Origin: Trichoplax adhaerens
Lineage: Eukaryota > Animalia > Placozoa
Assembly: GCF_000150275.1 (NCBI RefSeq)
Contig: NW_002060974.1
Span: 341,744-405,743, forward strand
Reading direction: 5' to 3'
Length of the DNA stretch: 64,000 bases
Shown here: piece by piece, positions 13,538 through 26,509 of the stretch
Layout: the number at the start of each line of letters is the position of its first letter
Numbering within the stretch: position 1 is the first letter of the stretch
Position numbers and translations under genes: made by a program
Notes under the pieces: model-generated
Told to the model about the DNA's origin: nothing
The model's input: only the letters and a program-made list of their open reading frames with translations
Databases searched by the model: none

Positions 13538-16500
13538 ATGCCGAGTTCTTGCCCTAAATGTGGTGGTACTGATATTGACTACGATCAAGCACGAGGAGAT
13601 GCAGCTTGTACGTCGTGTGGTGCTGTTTTAGAGGATAGTATTATCGTCTCGGAAATCAGCTTTAAGGAGAATGCTATGGGAGGTGCTAGTGTCATTGGAC
13701 AGTATGTAGCTCCCGATGGTAAGTGCAATCAGTCATAGTCATGACATGATTAGACGATCAATCGTTATTGATATCGTTAATCCCGACCATCAATTAGCTA
13801 GTTTACTTTAATATGTAATAACAACGTATAGAAATGCAATAGCCAAAGTGATTAGTTATTGACTTGCACTTTTGATAAGGGCAACGTATTGTTTCGTTGC
13901 AAAACAATCATGGAAACACGTTATATCGAAATGGTAGAATTGTCTTTAAATACTATTTTAAAGCTATTCCAATGCATGGTTGTAATAGGATGGATGAACT
14001 CCTCTATACTTGTAGCTGTCTATTATAGATAATATAATAATGACCACTGTAGAAACAGGAATGATCAGGAGATACTATACTTTTATTCTCAACATGAGAC
14101 TTAGCGCATTATAAGCTTTGCCTTATGGCAGTACAAAATATACAGCGTAATGTCATTTCTGCAACAAGGTATGACAGGATAAATCAACCTTTTTGCTACA
14201 TTTGTTGCTATTTTTACCCATAACTTGTATATCTTATATTGTGATAGGTAAATCTCATGGATATGTTGACGGATTTCATGGTTTTAGCAAAGAATCGCGG
14301 GAAATAACGCTACAAAATGGTAAAACTATGTTTTTATTACACTTGAAAATAGCATGTAAACACCGTATGCCATTACTGCACCGTACGCAGTCCTAATAAA
14401 GTGGCCGATAAGTTGATGCTGTAAAGTATTGCAAATATTTTTCGACGTTATTCTAGAGATGTAGCTAAGTGTAACGAATAGCCAGAATAATCATACTACC
14501 TTTGCGTACTGCTGTTTATAAATTAATGAATAGAGATAATGCTATCATTGAACTATAGGAAAGAAGAGATTGACTCAATTAGGGCAACAGCTAAAACTGA
14601 ATCAGAATTGTATTGATATGGGTTATCGATTTTTTAAAATGGCTGTCAACAAGAGATTAACTAGGGGTAGAAAGACATCTCATGTTGTTGCTGCTTGCTT
14701 ATACATTGTATGTCGTGTAGAAGGTACTCCACGTATCCTTTGCCATGTTATCTTCCAGTACTATTTTCCTGAACGGAATCGATAATTATATTTTATTATA
14801 TAATCTCTAGTGATTGATCTAATGAATTATCATCGTAATCTGTTGCTTATCAATTCGTGTTGTAAACTAGCAATATAACACTGAAACTGCGTTATTGCTT
14901 TCGAGTGTTATCTCCTTAACAGTATTATTAAAATGCATTTAGACATGCTGCTCGATTTCAGCGATATCTTACAGGTAAAGTTGATATACAAATTACAAAG
15001 ACTATTTGTTGGATAACTTAGTTAATGATTGCATATGTTATAAAGTATTAAAAATATTATAAAAGTAAGACCTGTCTCCGGGATTATTTTAATAATGATC
15101 TTTATTGTACGCTATTTGAACCTTGGTATCATTATTGGAATTAGGTTAATGTGTACGTGCTGGGTAAAACTTACTTAAGGATCACCGCAGCCTTATCCAT
15201 CAATATTCCAGCTATTGGTAAGATTGCATATTTTAGCATAAACGAATACTCTAAATTATGTCAGTGCAATAAGATGCGAGTAGGGTCAATTAGCATGACG
15301 GGTTATTTATGTTGTTTTCTTTACCTTGATTATTAAGCAATTGCTGTTACTGTTGAATACGCGTATATCTATTTGCTATTCTCATATATTAGAAATATCA
15401 CATTAGTTCATATTATTATACGACGTATGAACGCTCATGACTAATAGTTTCGATTTTGTGATCACAGACCCTTGTTTATACATTCATCGTTTTGCAAACA
15501 AACTGGAATTTGGCGATAAAACACACGATGTATGTATGATGGCGTTAAGATTAGTTGCTAGAATGAAACGTGATTGGATGCACCATGGTAGACGCCCATC
15601 GGGCTTATGCGGAGCTGGTAAGATATTTATAAACATAGTTTCTTTTTTACCTGCGAATGATTACTGATTCAAGATATCTTTGAATTGCGATTCCGCAAAC
15701 ATATGTATACTGGACAACATTAAGTGGATACAGTAGTAACTTTACGTCTTTGGTATAATAGAATGGATGATGTTATAATAGTTACTTTGAAAATATTGAA
15801 CTACGTATATTAGCTACTTGGACTTATATTGTATCGTCAGGACTCTAAAATGATCAACTTTATTATACTTATCAGGTCTTTTAGTTTCTGCACGACTTCA
15901 TGGTTATAATCGTACGAAAAAGCAGATAATCCGTGTAGTTCGAGTTTGTGAAGCTACACTTAGAAAAAGGTGATAGCCTTCTTCCCAATCATGGGCCTGT
16001 AAATTGTTCGCATATAAAGTGAAAACACTATATTGAAAGTTTGCGTATCATTTGTGCAGAGATTAGTAACTTCTGTATTCGAATTTTTCTGTAGCTTTCG
16101 TGTTTAGAAGTAACTATGCGATTATATTAAGTACTTCGTACACTTGCATTACAGACTTGGCGAGTTCGAAGAAACCCCATCGGCAAAGCTTACTATAGAT
16201 GAATTTCAAAAGATAGATTTAGAAGAAGAGCAAGATCCTCCATCATTTACGCAAAGTAGAAAGCGTGCTAAACAGTTTCAGGTATAGCTTTCTATTATTG
16301 CACCAAACACCTTGTTATGGCTAGAGCGTGGCTTAGGAAGTTAAGTGTTGTAATATTAGTGCTACTTTGTTGTTTTTTCTAGGAAGATCCAGTGATATCA
16401 ACGGATTTAGCAGGTACTCCATGATATTAATTACTATTGGATTATGTTAGAAATTTGAAGATATAAAATATGCGAATATAAATATGAACGTTAATTGTTT

Positions 16501-18007
16501 ACAGGGGAAGTTCAAGCTATTCAAGAAGAGCTTGAGAAGGTGCTTGAAAAGAAGCGATTATTAGAAGGTTTGCAAATTTATATATTTGATATCATCGAAT
16601 AACTATACTAATATTATCAAACCGATTGCCTTACTTTATTTGTAAAGATGTAGAACAGTCCAACCAAGAAGAAGAAAAGAGGGATAATATACCTGTCTTA
16701 AATTCTACTAACAGTTATTGTACAAGGCTATCAGGCCCATTGCCAACCGTTGAAACTGTATGTGGCAGGACCCCATCTCTTGCTACACAAGAATTTAACG
16801 GTATGATACATCAAGATAATTTTTCTGTTGTCAAAAGAATCTATAAATATGTTATTGCATATTTATAACACTGAAGTAAAATTAAATTGTCTTTATTTCT
16901 AGATAAAGGCGTTGAGGAAGATCTTTCATATGTTGATGATGATGAGATTAATGAGGTAAAATAAAAGTTGTACTAAAACATATTGGTCAAAACTTCCGAT
17001 ACACATTGTATTGTTAATTTAATATAATATTCTTATAAAATTCTTGTCATCAAAGTATTTGTTAGACGAAAAAGAAGTTGAAATTAAAACTAAAGTTTGG
17101 ACTGAAGAAAATAAAGATTACCTAACTGCGCAATTAGGTTTGAATGCTTGCATGGCTTTATCACCTTAGGTAGCATTATGAAACTTAACTATATTGCTAT
17201 TATTTGTGCTAACCTTTATAACGTAGAAAAAGCAAGTCGAATTGATAAAGATTCTAATGATAAACCTGAATCCAAAAAGGTAATTTTAAAATACTCATCA
17301 ATAACGTTAAGATGACTTATTGATTGCTCGTATTTGTAAATCAAGTTATGGAATCTAGTTTTTGACCTATTACTTATTATAAAATGTGAAAATTTTTGTC
17401 CTTCAGAGAAAGAGAAAATATAAAAGAAATCAACTTATTTCACCAGCAAATTCGGTTGGAGAAGCAATTGAGAAAATGCTCGCCGAGAAAAAGATATCTA
17501 GTAAAATCAATTATGAAGTATTGAGGGACTTAACGGAAACTAACGCTTGCACCACTAGCAGCGTGGAAAAGAATTCGAACTCGGCTAACACTTCGAAAGA
17601 TACAGTCAACCAGAGGTATAGTAAAAGAAATGAAATTGATTGTTGCCTGACATTGTTTTTCTTATTTTCTATTTGTTTGTCTTCAGATCTACCTCTACTC
17701 CCGCATCATCTAGTAAGAAAATTTTGAAGGTAAGATCGTACTTAATGAGATTGCTAATTGATGAAGATATTTCCTGTTAATCAATCGTGGAAATGATGAG
17801 TTTCCTGAGGAGGTCTTCTTACGCATTTATATCTAGACAATACCTGAAGAAGTTTTGTCGAGCGATGTCACTGTAGAAACTGGACCGATTGCCTATGAAA
17901 CTGGACCAATTGAATATGAAAGTGTACCTACAAATGATAATGAAGCAACATTAACAAATGAAATTCTATATGAGTCTAACTCTGATGATTCGGATTACAG
18001 TAGTTAA
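13538..18007 (+). CDS. BRF1: Transcription factor IIIB subunit BRF1 (TFIIB-related), 17 exons, about 586 aa
   Basis: Zn ribbon 'CPKCGG...[17 protein letters not shown]'; cyclin folds '[18 protein letters not shown]', '[10 protein letters not shown]', '[10 protein letters not shown]'; '[10 protein letters not shown]'; C-terminal 'KKISSKINY'. Exons: 13538-13718, 14248-14319, 14559-14732, 14943-14974, 15145-15217, 15468-15617, 15876-15969, 16155-16281, 16383-16413, 16505-16567, 16648-16800, 16903-16955, 17056-17137, 17227-17279, 17407-17615, 17687-17729, 17837-18007. Sum 1761 nt, frame-consistent. Confidence 0.96.
14733..14942 (+). other. U12-type (minor spliceosome) GT-AG intron in BRF1
   Basis: 5' splice site GTATCCTTT at 14733; branch site TCCTTAAC at 14913-14920; AG at 14941-14942. 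Splicing restores the conserved [15 protein letters not shown]. Confidence 0.9.
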
Positions 18008-21000
18008 CTAGCTGGTGTTTACGAATTTCGGGCAAGCTATTTTATTTAACGTTGGTATTGTTTATTCTTGCCACCATTTTTTATCGTTCATTCGTACCTG
18101 TGTAGACAGTAATTGCAGAAAATTGCCAAGTTGGCTTTACTGCTGCTAGTTATGGAATATAGCTGTATGAAGCCATCGACTTTTAAATATTAACGATGTT
18201 TATGGATGGGTATATCTGCCTTATAGAGTTATGGTCTACCTAACACCTTTTTCTTCGTTTGATGAGGCTTCTATTGATATCCTGGTGCATCCGAAATATC
18301 GATACACGGCTCGGTCTATTTTATATATATTTTGTCTTTATTACTACTAATTTTCATGAATGATTGTACAACGAAAATATTGCTCTTCCATAATGAAAAG
18401 AATGATAGTTAAAAAAGTTTAATTTTATTAGCCGATTATATTTGTAATGTATATTATTCATATTGCAAGTTATATAATGCATGTACATCGAGTACGATTT
18501 GTATGCAATTGTAACTTTTTTATATACTGATTCTCTTTAGTAATGATAAGAGATTTACCTGGGTCTATTTTTTTATTTTTGTACTATAGAGATATTGTAT
18601 ATATAACTATTATTAACAATTCAAAAGCAGCTTATATTGGAGATGTTTATTGGATATTAAACTTTAATGCCTATTTATTTCCTATTACTAAAATTATCAC
18701 TTATGAGCAGTGCTGAATACGCTCGGTATTGTCTCATTAGTGAATTCTGTATAGTATCATTGCACTAACATTCTCAAGTACTTAAAATCTATCTTGAATA
18801 TTACTGAATGTTCGATATCCTTTCTGATAATACCGATCATTGAGCGAAAGTATTGGTATTTATGTCAAATTTGCCCTTGAAGTTGTTATTGATATGATTA
18901 AACTGGAAAATAAAGATCTTTCATAGAGAAGCTAGTTAAGAACGGAATGTTCCTTCTAATGGTCATGTTATGTTTTCAGTTAAAGAATACAGTTGAAGTA
19001 AAGATGGGTCGAGAAAGTCCAATTAATATTATTTATAGTATTTGCTTATTATTATAAAATTATATATATATGTTTGAGTAAATACGCAAATTGTACTGTA
19101 CAAATCACACGCCAATAATATACAGCAATTAATTAAGCTGTAGCTTTATTCTACGTCAGGTTTGAAATAGCACTATAGCATTTCAACTGCAGTATATGTA
19201 AGCGTTTTATTGTAGCATACTTATGAAGGTAAAATTGCATTAAATTATATCCGATATTTTTTTATTTTCACATGATGCCTGTATCTAAATACAGGCCATG
19301 TCTTTCTTATCCATATAGACAACCAGGGTTTCTTATGGCAGATGGATTCATTCATACTTAGAAGGTATAGTAGTATACCGGCTTATTTACTGAACAGTAT
19401 ATCAATACGTATACGAGTAAACAAGTAATTTCTAGTTATTTTTAACGAATTGGCCACCAGCAGTGGATGTTTTCTGTCATGCAGGGCGTATATTTATATA
19501 ATTAATCATTCATCAATTCTCCGTTGTAGTACATACGTTAAAAATAGTTAATTTTTGATTCGTTGGTTATTACCTTCAAAAGATACAGTAAACATTAGCT
19601 AGATTCGGCTTAGAAACCACATTAAATGGGAATTAGTTGTCCATGATCCATTTTTGTCACTGTTTTCATTTTGATTTGATCAAATTTACTTATACTTTGT
19701 GAAATCAATAATGGCTTAGATTTGAGTTAATCGAATGAACATAGCCAGTAGTACAGTACTGTACAGTTTAATTGCTATACAATCGTACGTACGAGTTGTT
19801 ATGCCAGCATTGTAATTCGTATATGCATGCAATGATCAGTTAAGGCCTAAATCTTTACTAATTTCTTTATCGTTGGTAACATTACCCGTTGGAATCTATT
19901 TCGATGCATCGTATACGTACGCTGGAAAAGTTTGATAAATCCATTCAAGCCTTGCCATCTTGTATTTTAGGCTACTACTGTGTTACTATATTCTACTGAC
20001 ACCTTAAAACGAAACGCAATGCATTCCTAAATGTGCATGTTATTTTCAATGTTATAATGTAGATGGCATCAGCTATTTGCTTGCATAAGCGTATTTAGTT
20101 TGTTCGACAAATTTAGCTGATAGTGATCAATGTTTTCGCGTCCTGTGTAGATTTTATCCTTCGCTTATACTATACTCCTAACTGTACCGTAGGATAAAAT
20201 AACAAAATTCAATAATGACGATACCGCCCCACACTCCACTCTCGGCATCCCAGCGATGCCACCTGCAGTCGTGTGTACAACACTGTAAATAGTAAAGTGA
20301 GTCTGCTGTAAACTAGCAAGTATCACACTAAACTTTGTAATTCTGATAGGCAAGCTCTATTCAGACTGCATACCAATGATGCCATGACCAGATTGAACGA
20401 TATTAATTAGCTATCGCTGCTGTTGTTAATTAACTATCTGATCTATTAATCATTGCAAGATGATGAAAAAGGTCGGGATGCTGGAATGACAAGCAATTAT
20501 AGAGCTGGTTACTAATGGGCCTGATGGAATTCCGCTGAGGGTCCAATTTATAATCATTCATATGCCTTCCAGTATTGTGAAGATACTGCCTATTGTATTG
20601 ATTTAACTCATGGAAACCAATCTTGTCAAGACGCTAAATTAGTCCTGTTTTCACTCCTGTACCACGTTGGAAAACTTTACTCTACTTTTAATTTCGGAGC
20701 AGACTGGAAAATGCTATGCATACTTTTAAGTATGCATGTGTCCGCTATGTACTCTTGTACAGTGTCCATATTCAACTGTACTATACGTGTATAGTTGACA
20801 ACGACGGAATGACTACTGTATTATATACTCCGTGGATAGTGGATAGTGGATACGATAACGATGTCAGTGCCTCATTTTCACATGCTGATAATTCAGAATT
20901 TTATCAAGGGAGTGACACAGAGAGATCTGCATGTTAATGACTGCCTACTAGCAGAGCAAGTGGAGTCATTTGTACTCATTTTCTACCAAAAATCTACTGT

Positions 21001-21466
21001 AGCAGGATTCTTGAATGGGATGAATGGAAGGCTATTAAGTTAACCATGACGCAACTTTTCATCTTGTCGATCAATGAATCTTATTGTTTACTAAATTGAT
21101 TAGCATCAGGATTTAATCCAAAGGAGGTGATAACATAATGAATGATCATCAATTAGAGCGTAATTAAAAATGTCGCTTTGATTTAAAAGTGCAGACTACT
21201 TTAGTGATGAATACAAGATGTTCATCATGGTAAAATACCATGCAGCAAAGGACATGATGATCATGAACGATGGCCATCCAAGGAATCATCGTGTTAACGA
21301 AGCAACCATGACTATTTGGGACCGTATCGGCTCACTTACTTGACAACGTTGTATTACTATATACTGCGCCATGGACTACCAACGAAGTAGTAGTCCATGA
21401 CTGGACTTGAACATTATTCGACGAGACTCCCATTACTTGCCATAGTCATAGGGTGCTCCGTGGGGA

Positions 21467-21542
21467 AACCGGTTCCGCCGGATTTGTTATTACTTATTAT
21501 GATTGCCTTTTAACCGGTTATTACCGGTTATTGACGTCCAAT
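21467..21542. promoter_or_regulatory. Candidate enhancer or promoter: clustered Grainyhead/CP2-type AACCGGTT sites plus CRE-like and CCAAT motifs
   Basis: AACCGGTT at 21467 and 21512, TACCGGTT at 21522, TGACGTC at 21532, CCAAT at 21538. Confidence 0.4.
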
Positions 21543-23929
21543 CCACTATTTCGTAGTAACCGTGGCACGCTCCAATACAGTACAGTACACACGCATTACC
21601 GACATAGCGTACAGTACTGTAGGCTCCAGTAGATTCTCTTCTGGTCTACAGTACTAATACTGTATGACCGACTAGGATAGTACCAGTACTGTAACAGTAT
21701 CGACGAATAATTGCTGCAGTATTTGTAAACATGGTGAATTATTTTGGGACACGAAAAGTAAACATGGTAGTAGAAGGACACAAATGGATGGATGACGATT
21801 TGGACAAGAGGGAAAAGATAAATCAATTAATCCAATGGCTTGAGATGATGGCAGAGTGATAAATGGTATGACAGATCAGCATCAAAATCATAGACAAGCA
21901 TCCAAAGTTGTATCCTCCACACCCTAGTGATGATAACACAGAACAATCAATCATGTTCTAATTGCCATTAATCTCATCGATTGTCGCGAAGAGGCAGGAA
22001 AGCGCTATGATTCCCATTCAAATACAGCATTCTACTGGATTGCATTGAAATGATAATGAATTCATTCAAGCATCCGTACCCCGCAAGCTATTTCGCGTTG
22101 CTATTAAATGCTAAGCCAATCCAATAGTTATTGTTGTTTTGATCAATCCGTTAGTTTTGCAGTATTGTCAAGGCGTTTAATCCATACTGTAGTAGAGTCC
22201 AGTATGTATAGGCATTTATTGGGCAATCGTCAATCCATTTTATTGCTATGAATAATGTTGAATAATTGTATCCCATTCATTTATTCTGCAATTATAAAGG
22301 ATAAAGTGGTGTCGAAACGGGCGATGTTTATTATGTTAATGAAAGGGCTGATGGCAATCTAGCGCCTACAACTGTACTCTACACTAATAGCAGTAATATG
22401 TTACGGTTATGCACTACTTGCTGTAGTGGTGTGGTCTAGTTTAATGAATTGTTCAAGTCCGTCCCCAGATCATGCTAGTCTATCTAGCCTTGGCAATTGT
22501 TCAAAACTCAGCGGTAGTGAAAATTAATCCAGTCCTCCTACCTTACCCATAACAGCATAACAGTGTTAATTCAATCATGACAATATTCAAAAGTCATGCA
22601 AGGCCTCCCAAAAGATGGACAAGCCAAAAATGTTAGGGTTACATAGGCATAGTGTGTCTTTCTCAGGCACAAGATCGCTTAATTTAAAATACATCCATGA
22701 TCATGACTTGGGATTTTGAATACTGTATCTAAAGTAGAGTTCAAAGGGCGGCTGAATGGAGTCCATGCTACCTTTGTGGGTACATACAACCGGTACACAT
22801 GATACAGAGCAGTTTAATGTAAATATGGGATAGGCTAGAAGCCACTAAAACATGAATTGCTTGACTATACTGAACAGTCTAGAGCCGTCTACGTTCAGGA
22901 ATGGATAGCGGTTTGCGCGCTGTCCAAGAATAGATTGCATCATCATTCATTTTCCTCTCGAGTAGCACCGTACTGTTGTAAACTACCTCGAGAGAGATAG
23001 AGCTTTGTATCATTTACAAAGACTCCTATCCATACTAGAGTAACACGCATGAGTCTATCCATGACTAAACATTTTTCCATTTGTTGACAGTGACAGTCGT
23101 TGCAAGTGAGAAAGAAGTATTGATTTTCGGCCTATACCGCTATATATCCATTAATTTTTAGCCGTAGAAATCAAACGGTCCAATTCAATGTTCATCATGG
23201 ACCATTGGCCACTGTAACGACAAGATTTTCAACTTGTCTTTGTTACTACACCAACGTCCAATGTTGACGCTTGCAAAACGTCAGCATGAGTGACAAGGTG
23301 GCATGAACCTGTGTGTGGTGTTTATTTATTAATTTACGCATATTTATTTTTAATACGTGTTGTGTCCAGCCTTAGTGTTGCTCTGTATTACGCCGTCAAT
23401 TGTGCAAAATAAGACCTGAATAAGCAATCAAGGATGTCCAAGTTGATTTGTAATCCATCCTTGCTTTAGTCATTGATCGCCTATCATTATGATCGAGTAA
23501 TTCATGTTCGTTTCCAGCAAGTTTTGTAGTATTGTCCATTGAATTCACCAGTTCGACACATTGCTCTTGCTACCCATCCAAGCAAGTACAATAGTCGACT
23601 GCTTAGAGGAAAAGCATGTGTATTCCACTGACTGTTTATAGTCCAATCATGTCGATGCTTGTGTATTTTCCACATCGACTACTACGTAAAGTAAACTAAT
23701 CCACTCCATCGTTCATCGTTGATGCGCTTGGAATGAACGCTACAGTATGGCAAGCCGTCATGATTGATTTCGTCAGCATGAGACACTCCTTCCATCCTTT
23801 CAGCCGGCGTACAGTACCCGCCAACATTGTACAGTACGCCTTGATGGATAGTACGGTACAGCATTGCGCCAAATGGAATGCACCAGTCAATGTACAATTT
23901 GGGGGCATTGTTGATCGGCAGGCATCTAG

Positions 23930-24621
23930 CCAATAAGATTGTAGCTCAAGGTGGCTCTCGCCAGCTCTGATTGGTCTCTCATCGCCCTATTGTACGGCAG
24001 ATGGTCGCTTGTGGTGAGTACACACTTCACTTTACCGCTACCGCTTGACCATTATTAGAAAGGAAAAACGAATCCATACAACAACAAACGTCGCTGGCTC
24101 CTGGCACGAGGTAATGGAATTTTCTTCGCCACTGTAAATCTTTGAATTTCAAGCCATTTTTTTCCTTCTTCTTATAGCGTGGATAAAGTCTTACTTCATT
24201 CTATATACAGTCATGATGAATAAGTGTTTAATGGTTATTTTATGTTGGTAGTGAGAGAGAGCAAAGGGTTGTTTTTTTATTGCAGATTGCTTATGTTGAT
24301 ACGCTACAGTAACTAAATCATCCTCGCCATTTTGAGTCCTCTTATTGTCTTTGACTGTACTGTATTTTTTTTCACTGTCGCTACTATTAGATTCACACGG
24401 TGTTTTGGGCGCGGAATTGTTTTTGTGGATTGTTATCACGGGTTTTTGTAAGTCCTTTGCATAGAATAGTGCTTTAAAAGCCAACTGGATACAGACCATG
24501 ACAGGGTAGAGTAGAAAGTAGATGAATTGACGTTATCCTTTTTTTTCCCCCTTGCTATTGGTATTATAGGAGAAGGATCTTCTTTCTTTCAACTGCCCTT
24601 TTAACTCAACGTTGATTGTAG
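23930..24621 (+). promoter_or_regulatory. Putative promoter, non-coding first exon and 5'UTR intron (24111-24621) of the SLC3 gene
   Basis: GC-richer patch with CCAAT (23930) and ATTGG (23970); donor GAG|GTAATG at 24110/24111; acceptor TTGTAG ending 24621, about 107 nt before the ATG. Confidence 0.4.
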
Positions 24622-24662
24622 ACAAGTGAGTCAAGACCGGAAAAGTGTAAACTCCTTTTTTC

Positions 24663-24677
24663 GTGTGTGTGTGTGTG
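24663..24677 (+). repeat. (GT)7 microsatellite in the SLC3 5'UTR region
   Basis: gtgtgtgtgtgtgtg. Confidence 0.85.
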
Positions 24678-24727
24678 CTGTCTAAGACTGCGACTAACGT
24701 ACAAGAGGAAAAGAAAAAAAATCCAAA

Positions 24728-26509
24728 ATGGGAACTGAAGAAGATCACAGAAATGGCGAATCCAATAACGTTGACAACCCAAGTGAAAAGGAAAAGATTG
24801 ATTTTTATACGCCTGGGTTAGTTTTAACACGTAAAATTTTCTTATGGGCGTACGCATTGGGTACTATTGGTGTCTTGATTGCCGCCTTTGCCTTAATTGC
24901 TACCATGCCTAAACGATGCCCTAAAGAACGTACTTGGTATCAACAAAATGTCATGTACAAAGTTTATGTACCATCGTATAAAGATAGTGATGGCGACGGA
25001 ATTGGCGACTTAAATGGCATTTTATCCAAGTTAGACTACATTGCTAGTTTAAATGTCAAAACACTCTGGTTAAGTTCATTGTATGAGGCACCGACTACTG
25101 GGATCAAACCCAACGGCATGGAATCGAATTTTACCGCTGTTGATTCTAAATTAGGCACAACTGCCGATTTATCTGCTTTAATTCGCGCTGTCCACAAGAA
25201 AAAAATGAAAATTATGCTCGACTTTTTACCTACCGCTACCAGCAACAACAACAGTTGGTTTATTGAAAGTCGAAGCTCTCTTGATAATGCCAAAAGTAAC
25301 TGGTATGTTTGGGAAAATCCATACAATGGTGGCCCACCACGAGTCAATTGGAGTTCAACAGAGAATAACAATATCCATTGGCAATATGATAATCTCCGCC
25401 AACAATATTACATGTACTATGATATCAAGGAACGACCAGAGTTAAATTTCAAGAGTAGTTCGTTGCGTGCTGAAATCAAAAGGATTTTCAGTTATTATCT
25501 TAAATTAGGTATTGATGCTTTCAATATCCATGGTATGGAATGGCATTTCGGTAGTGGTTCAACTGTCAACGGCAATGTCAGACCATCATTTAGTGTCTTA
25601 TCTGAATGGAATACTCAAGTTGCTGGCTATACTGACACCAAGTATACCTTCTTGGTTGGTCAAGTGCCCAACGATATCAATGCTATAACCGTTAGCCAAT
25701 CGTGTAAATTCAATGCTCTCTACTTGTTAACCTATAGTCTACTACCCAACAATGGCCCATTAACTGGTACTGGTATTGCCAATGTTGTCTCCAATTGGAT
25801 TGCTACTGTTAGCATGTCTTCACCCAATCGTTATCCACATTGGATGTTGCGTAACCAAGCTAAAACCCGAGTTGCTGCAAGTTTCGGTCGCCAATATATT
25901 GATGCTTTGAACTTTATTATGATGACTTTACCCGGTGTGCCCAGCAGTTATTACGGCGAAGAAATTGGTATGATTGATAGCACTGTTTCTTATGCACAAA
26001 CTCGTGACCCATTAGCTCTACTCTACGGCCCTACCAACTATGCCACTGTATCACAAGATAAAACAAGAGGACCAATGGCATGGAATTCAACCACCAATGC
26101 CGACTTTACTAATGGTACATCAACGTGGTTACCACTTGCAAGTGATTACTCAACTGTTAATGTCGCTAGTCAAGTTGGCTCGGTCGATTCTAACCTAGAA
26201 CGTTATAAAAATATCACAGCCTTTCGAGCTAGCGAAGATTTACTCAAAACGGGCAACTACAGTCGTGTTATGGCCACCAATGAAGTTTTCGCTTTCTTCC
26301 GTTACTCCAGTAGTAAAAGCTACGTTGTCATGACTGTTGCCAATGTTGGTGCAACTTCACAAAATGTTGACATCAAACAGTATTATGGTACATCTGCTAC
26401 AACCGCTACTGTCAAAGCGGCTACTAGGTCTAGTGTTCATGGCACTACCGTTCAATTGAACAACATACAGCTAGCCAGTGGTGAAGCCGTAGTAGTACAA
26501 ATTGGTTAG
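24728..26509 (+). CDS. SLC3A1: SLC3 heavy chain of heteromeric amino-acid transporters (rBAT/SLC3A1-like), 593 aa, single coding exon
   Basis: Short acidic N-terminus, one TM helix, juxtamembrane 'PKRC' cysteine then 'WYQ'; GH13 fold 'YKVYVPSYKDSDGDGIGDLNGILSKLDYI', 'TLPGVPSSYYGEEIG', 'SQDKTRGPMAW'. Catalytic positions are degenerate (DAFNIHG, VGQV, NQA). The B-domain-length segment is retained, as in rBAT. Confidence 0.85.
   Translation: MGTEEDHRNGESNNVDNPSEKEKIDFYTPGLVLTRKIFLWAYALGTIGVLIAAFALIATMPKRCPKERTWYQQNVMYKVYVPSYKDSDGDGIGDLNGILSKLDYIASLNVKTLWLSSLYEAPTTGIKPNGMESNFTAVDSKLGTTADLSALIRAVHKKKMKIMLDFLPTATSNNNSWFIESRSSLDNAKSNWYVWENPYNGGPPRVNWSSTENNNIHWQYDNLRQQYYMYYDIKERPELNFKSSSLRAEIKRIFSYYLKLGIDAFNIHGMEWHFGSGSTVNGNVRPSFSVLSEWNTQVAGYTDTKYTFLVGQVPNDINAITVSQSCKFNALYLLTYSLLPNNGPLTGTGIANVVSNWIATVSMSSPNRYPHWMLRNQAKTRVAASFGRQYIDALNFIMMTLPGVPSSYYGEEIGMIDSTVSYAQTRDPLALLYGPTNYATVSQDKTRGPMAWNSTTNADFTNGTSTWLPLASDYSTVNVASQVGSVDSNLERYKNITAFRASEDLLKTGNYSRVMATNEVFAFFRYSSSKSYVVMTVANVGATSQNVDIKQYYGTSATTATVKAATRSSVHGTTVQLNNIQLASGEAVVVQIG

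Noticed and set aside
21370-21399. 10-bp-stem hairpin (a similar 9-bp stem lies at 41921-41946)
   Set aside because: Isolated short inverted repeats are expected by chance in 64 kb.
22934-22942. ATF4 amino-acid response element (TGATGCAAT, minus strand) upstream of SLC3
   Set aside because: The same 9-mer occurs at unrelated sites (about 8194, 27093 and 61127), so it is not distinguishable from chance.
23682-24857. Overlapping short ORFs upstream of SLC3
   Set aside because: No recognisable domains; explained by locally higher GC and antisense overlap.
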